A DNA stretch of 43,041 nucleotides from Cyclobacteriaceae bacterium. Its GTDB lineage: Bacteria > Bacteroidota > Bacteroidia > Cytophagales > Cyclobacteriaceae. The DNA lies in assembly GCA_013373335.1 (NCBI GenBank), contig JABXHZ010000169.1, positions 1-43,041 on the forward strand, read 5' to 3'. The translations under genes were made by a program, and so were the position numbers. The notes under the pieces were generated by a model. That model saw nothing but the letters and a program-made list of their open reading frames with translations. It ran no database searches and was not told where the DNA came from. Positions 40,177 through 43,041 of this stretch are shown piece by piece. The first letter of the stretch is position 1, and each line of letters begins with the position of its first letter.

Positions 40177-41020
40177 TTCTTTTTCTTACCTCACTGCCAA
40201 AGAAAGATCCTCCTTGTCTTTCCCTGCGCGAATAGTAAAAGAGCGAGGTTTATTGAAGGGAGAAATCTTGGATTTTGGCTGCGGATTCGGAAAAGATGTA
40301 GAGTTATTGAAAACAAATGGTTTTTCAATTGAAGGATATGATAAGTTTTATCAACCTAAATACCCAGAAAGGAAATTTGACACAATCATTTGTTTTTATG
40401 TGTTGAATGTTCTTCTGCCTGAAGAACAGGCTTTGGTATTGATGGAAATCTCAGAATTGCTCAAACCGAATGGTAAAGCATACTTTGCTGTTAGGAGGGA
40501 TTTGGTTTATGAAGGTTTTCGAACCCATAAAATCCATCAAAAGCCTACCTATCAAACCAATGTTGTTTTACCCTTTAGGTCTATTTATAAGAATGATAAT
40601 TGTGAGATTTACGAATACCAACACTTTAACCAATTAAGTAAAGGAGAATCTGATTGTCCTTTTTGTTATCCGGATTCTAATATCGAGTTGCTTTTGGAAT
40701 CAGCTCAAGCATTTTCAATTCTTGATAAATACCCAGTAAATCCTGGTCATTCCTTAATTATCCCCAAAAGGCATGTTTCTGATTATTTTGAATTGAATTT
40801 CAGAGAGCAGTCCTCACTTTTTTTTATGCTTAATGAAGTCAAAAAACGTATTCAAAAGCGATTTAATCCAAATGGTTTTAATGTAGGAATCAATATTGGA
40901 GAAAAGGCAGGACAAACCGTTTCTCACGTTCATATTCATCTTATTCCCCGATACTCTGGAGATGTTGAAAATCCTCGAGGAGGAATAAGAGGAGTAATTC
41001 CAGGTAAAAAGGAATATTAG
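40160..41020 (+). CDS. Class I SAM-dependent methyltransferase-HIT hydrolase fusion
   Basis: ILDFGCGFGKD (motif I) and FDTIICFYVLNVL in the N-terminal half; CPFC, PVNPGHSLIIPKRH, GFNVGIN and QTVSHVHIHLIPR (HxHxH triad) in the C-terminal half. ATG 40160 overlaps the HNH gene end by 17 nt. Confidence 0.9.
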   Translation: MSQKVNSFSYLTAKERSSLSFPARIVKERGLLKGEILDFGCGFGKDVELLKTNGFSIEGYDKFYQPKYPERKFDTIICFYVLNVLLPEEQALVLMEISELLKPNGKAYFAVRRDLVYEGFRTHKIHQKPTYQTNVVLPFRSIYKNDNCEIYEYQHFNQLSKGESDCPFCYPDSNIELLLESAQAFSILDKYPVNPGHSLIIPKRHVSDYFELNFREQSSLFFMLNEVKKRIQKRFNPNGFNVGINIGEKAGQTVSHVHIHLIPRYSGDVENPRGGIRGVIPGKKEY

Positions 41021-41415
41021 ATTCTTTTTTTCGAAGAAATAAGCCCGTCAATCGAAAACTTTCCTCCACCAAATACAGCCAAGCCTAAGAAGGTTAGGAA
41101 AAACATAAGCGGAAGTTCTTTTCTTGAAAAAGGATCATCCCAATGCGCATAAAAAGCAGCCGTCAGCATGGTAATCATCAAGGGAATGGTAGCTAGACGG
41201 GTTTTGAATCCAATGATGACCAATACTGCACAAACTACTTCTGCGAAGGTGGCAAGGGCCAAGGAAACGGTTGGTCCTAGACCAAAAGGATCGGCAAATT
41301 TGACTTCATCTGCCATCAGTCGGCTAATTTTGGGAATGCCGTGAGTCATAATCATAGCTCCTGCACCGAGACGAATGATTAAGAGTACGAGACTTTTTTC
41401 GATGGTTTCGCGCAT
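41017..41415 (-). CDS. DoxX family membrane protein
   Basis: LLIIRL...HGIPK, FADPFGLG, GFKTRLA and GGGKFSID motifs. Confidence 0.92.
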   Translation of the reverse strand: MRETIEKSLVLLIIRLGAGAMIMTHGIPKISRLMADEVKFADPFGLGPTVSLALATFAEVVCAVLVIIGFKTRLATIPLMITMLTAAFYAHWDDPFSRKELPLMFFLTFLGLAVFGGGKFSIDGLISSKKRI

Positions 41416-41446
41416 AAGATTAAGAGGGTTAGTTGGTTGAGTAATT

Positions 41447-41454
41447 CAAAAATA
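41447..41454 (-). promoter_or_regulatory. Bacteroidota -7 element (TATTTTTG) for doxX
   Basis: TAnnTTTG match 32 nt upstream of the start. Confidence 0.5.
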
Positions 41455-41547
41455 GAACGAGAACCCAAAGGCAGAAGTTAATTTTTATTGGCTTGAAATT
41501 ACTTTGGATAATTGGTTTAAGCCTTTTTTGTCTTGACTTGTATTTCC

Positions 41548-41585
41548 CACAGATGTTCACAGAAAAAATCACAGAATAGCTCAGA
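41548..41585. repeat. Short CACAGA direct-repeat cluster
   Basis: CACAGA at 41548, 41558 and 41570; CTCAGA at 41580. Confidence 0.55.
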
Positions 41586-41639
41586 TCAGTTTCTATTCAT
41601 GAAAAAACAAGAACTCTGGTTTCTGAAGGAAAAAACTTT

Positions 41640-42887
41640 TCAATTGAATCTACCTACTTCAAAACCATTGATTTCCATCGTTGGCTCTTTTTGCTGATGC
41701 AGTTCGGCCAATAGTTTCCCTGTTGCCGGGGCCATGGAAATCCCCATCATAGAATGTCCACTGCCTACCAAAACATTGGAATATCTTGGAGCGAAGCCGA
41801 TATAGGGAAGGCCATCCGGGGAGCAGGGGCGTAGCCCTTTCCAGATATCCTCCTTTTTGGGGAATTGGGCTTGAAAGTCTGGGTAGTATCGGTTGATGGA
41901 TTCAAAAATTCCCTGCACCCGCTTCATATCGATTTTTTGATTGGTTCCGGCGATTTCGAGGGTTCCTCCAAAACGGACCTGATTTCCGTAGGGGCTGACA
42001 GCTACTTTTCGTTCAGTCAGGATGGTGGCCTGTTTGATTTCAGGTTCATTTTCTTGCAGGAAAGAATAGCCTTTTCCTCCCATCATGGGTAAGGTGAAGC
42101 CGAGTTTTTGGGCAATTTCGCCCGACCAGGAACCTCCGCACAGTATCACCTTTTCCGCTTCTATTTTTCCTTTATCTGTCAAGACAGCCTGCACCTTGCT
42201 ACCTGATTTTTCAAATCCCATTACTTGGGTTTCAGTAAGGAATTTGACTCCTTTATTTTCTAAGTAGTTTTTCAAAAACCCATACAAAGCGCCCGGGTCC
42301 AAGTGTGCATCCCCTGGGAAAAGTACAGCACCTCTTCCTTTAACTTCCACATTCGGTTCCACTTTGCCAATGTCAGTAGGATCGAGGATTTCGGCTTCAA
42401 GTCCATATTTTCTGGCCAAATGAGCGAATTCTACTTCCTCCTTTTCCATCGCTTCTGTTTGATACAGCATCATCAGGCCCTTTTCCTGAAAGGCTAAGCG
42501 GGCTTCCGGATGTTCATCGCGAAAAGCCAAATAGAGAGACTTCGAAAGTAATGAGATATTCTTCAGGTAAGGAATGGCTTTTTCCACCTGCTTTTGATTG
42601 GCGGATTTGAAGAATAGTAGACTCCATTGCAGTAACTTATAATCGAATCGGGGATGGATATAAAAAGGGCTTTTGGAAGAAAACATCCAAGATATTCCCT
42701 TGGCTATCATGCCGGGTGCGGCTAGCGGGATGATATGACTGGGTACAATCATGCCTGCATTCCCTGTTGAGCAATTGTCCTTCAGGTCAGTTCGGTCCAC
42801 TACCACTACTTCAACTCCTTCTTTTTGAAGAAAATAAGCTGTAAAAAGGCCTACAATGCCGCCGCCGATGATAAGGGTTGGTTTCAT
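41640..42887 (-). CDS. FAD-dependent D-amino acid dehydrogenase (DadA-like; probable D-hydroxyproline dehydrogenase)
   Basis: IIGGGIVG, CSTGNAG, GKGYS, WKGLRPCSPDGLPYIG and GHSMMGISMAPATG motifs; downstream of an epimerase gene. Confidence 0.9.
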   Translation of the reverse strand: MKPTLIIGGGIVGLFTAYFLQKEGVEVVVVDRTDLKDNCSTGNAGMIVPSHIIPLAAPGMIAKGISWMFSSKSPFYIHPRFDYKLLQWSLLFFKSANQKQVEKAIPYLKNISLLSKSLYLAFRDEHPEARLAFQEKGLMMLYQTEAMEKEEVEFAHLARKYGLEAEILDPTDIGKVEPNVEVKGRGAVLFPGDAHLDPGALYGFLKNYLENKGVKFLTETQVMGFEKSGSKVQAVLTDKGKIEAEKVILCGGSWSGEIAQKLGFTLPMMGGKGYSFLQENEPEIKQATILTERKVAVSPYGNQVRFGGTLEIAGTNQKIDMKRVQGIFESINRYYPDFQAQFPKKEDIWKGLRPCSPDGLPYIGFAPRYSNVLVGSGHSMMGISMAPATGKLLAELHQQKEPTMEINGFEVGRFN

Positions 42888-42901
42888 AACATTTGAAACA
42901 A

Positions 42902-42958
42902 GTACGAGGTAAAAAGTACCAAGAAGTGATAAAACACTTCGTACCTTCTACTTTGTAC
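42902..42958. repeat. Long imperfect inverted repeat built from 7-nt GTA-periodic units
   Basis: Left arm GTACGAGGTAAAAAGTACCAAGAAGTG, loop ATAAAA, right arm CACTTCGTACCTTCTACTTTGTAC. Confidence 0.65.
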
Positions 42959-42960
42959 AA

Positions 42961-43041
42961 TTAAATTACTTGAAATCCATGTACATAAGGGTCATCGTCG
43001 TCTAAGATGATGGTGTTGTAGCCATAGACTTTGGCCCAACC
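42961..43041 (-). CDS. C-terminus of proline racemase / 4-hydroxyproline 2-epimerase family protein (truncated by window edge)
   Basis: Manual translation gives GWAKVYGYNTIILDDDDPYVHGFQVI*, matching the family's D..DP...GF C-terminal motif. Not in the ORF track. Confidence 0.85.
   Translation of the reverse strand, partial: GWAKVYGYNTIILDDDDPYVHGFQVI

Overview
This is a mostly housekeeping chromosomal window from a Bacteroidota genome. Gene content and TAnnTTTG promoters suggest Cytophagales/Cyclobacteriaceae (Algoriphagus-like), which is inference. In order it holds: lutB(partial)-lutC; tRNA-Val(GAC); the conserved leucine dehydrogenase-nusB-ytxH-DUF1573-yajC-ybbR-like-coaE block; an ABC exporter; two SurA-type PPIases; a membrane PP2C/STAS/anti-sigma partner-switching module with no adjacent sigma factor; DUF721-hemW; TamA/BamA-like-DUF4271-hemD; the type IX secretion/gliding core porP-gldKLMN; uvrC; PBP1A; a SprE/PorW-like TPR lipoprotein; the atpI-like/atpBEFHAG operon; doxX; and a hydroxyproline epimerase (partial) plus D-amino acid dehydrogenase pair. 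The only clearly accessory DNA is an AT-rich two-gene cassette at 39115-41020 (HNH nuclease plus SAM-methyltransferase-HIT fusion) between the atpG terminator and doxX. It is the best candidate for an undescribed defence or DNA-modification system. Notable non-coding signals are a sigma54-type promoter with an IHF-consensus site before gldK, a hemD promoter encoded by the YLC codons of DUF4271, and a shared AATCTGATC-hairpin motif after atpE and atpA.
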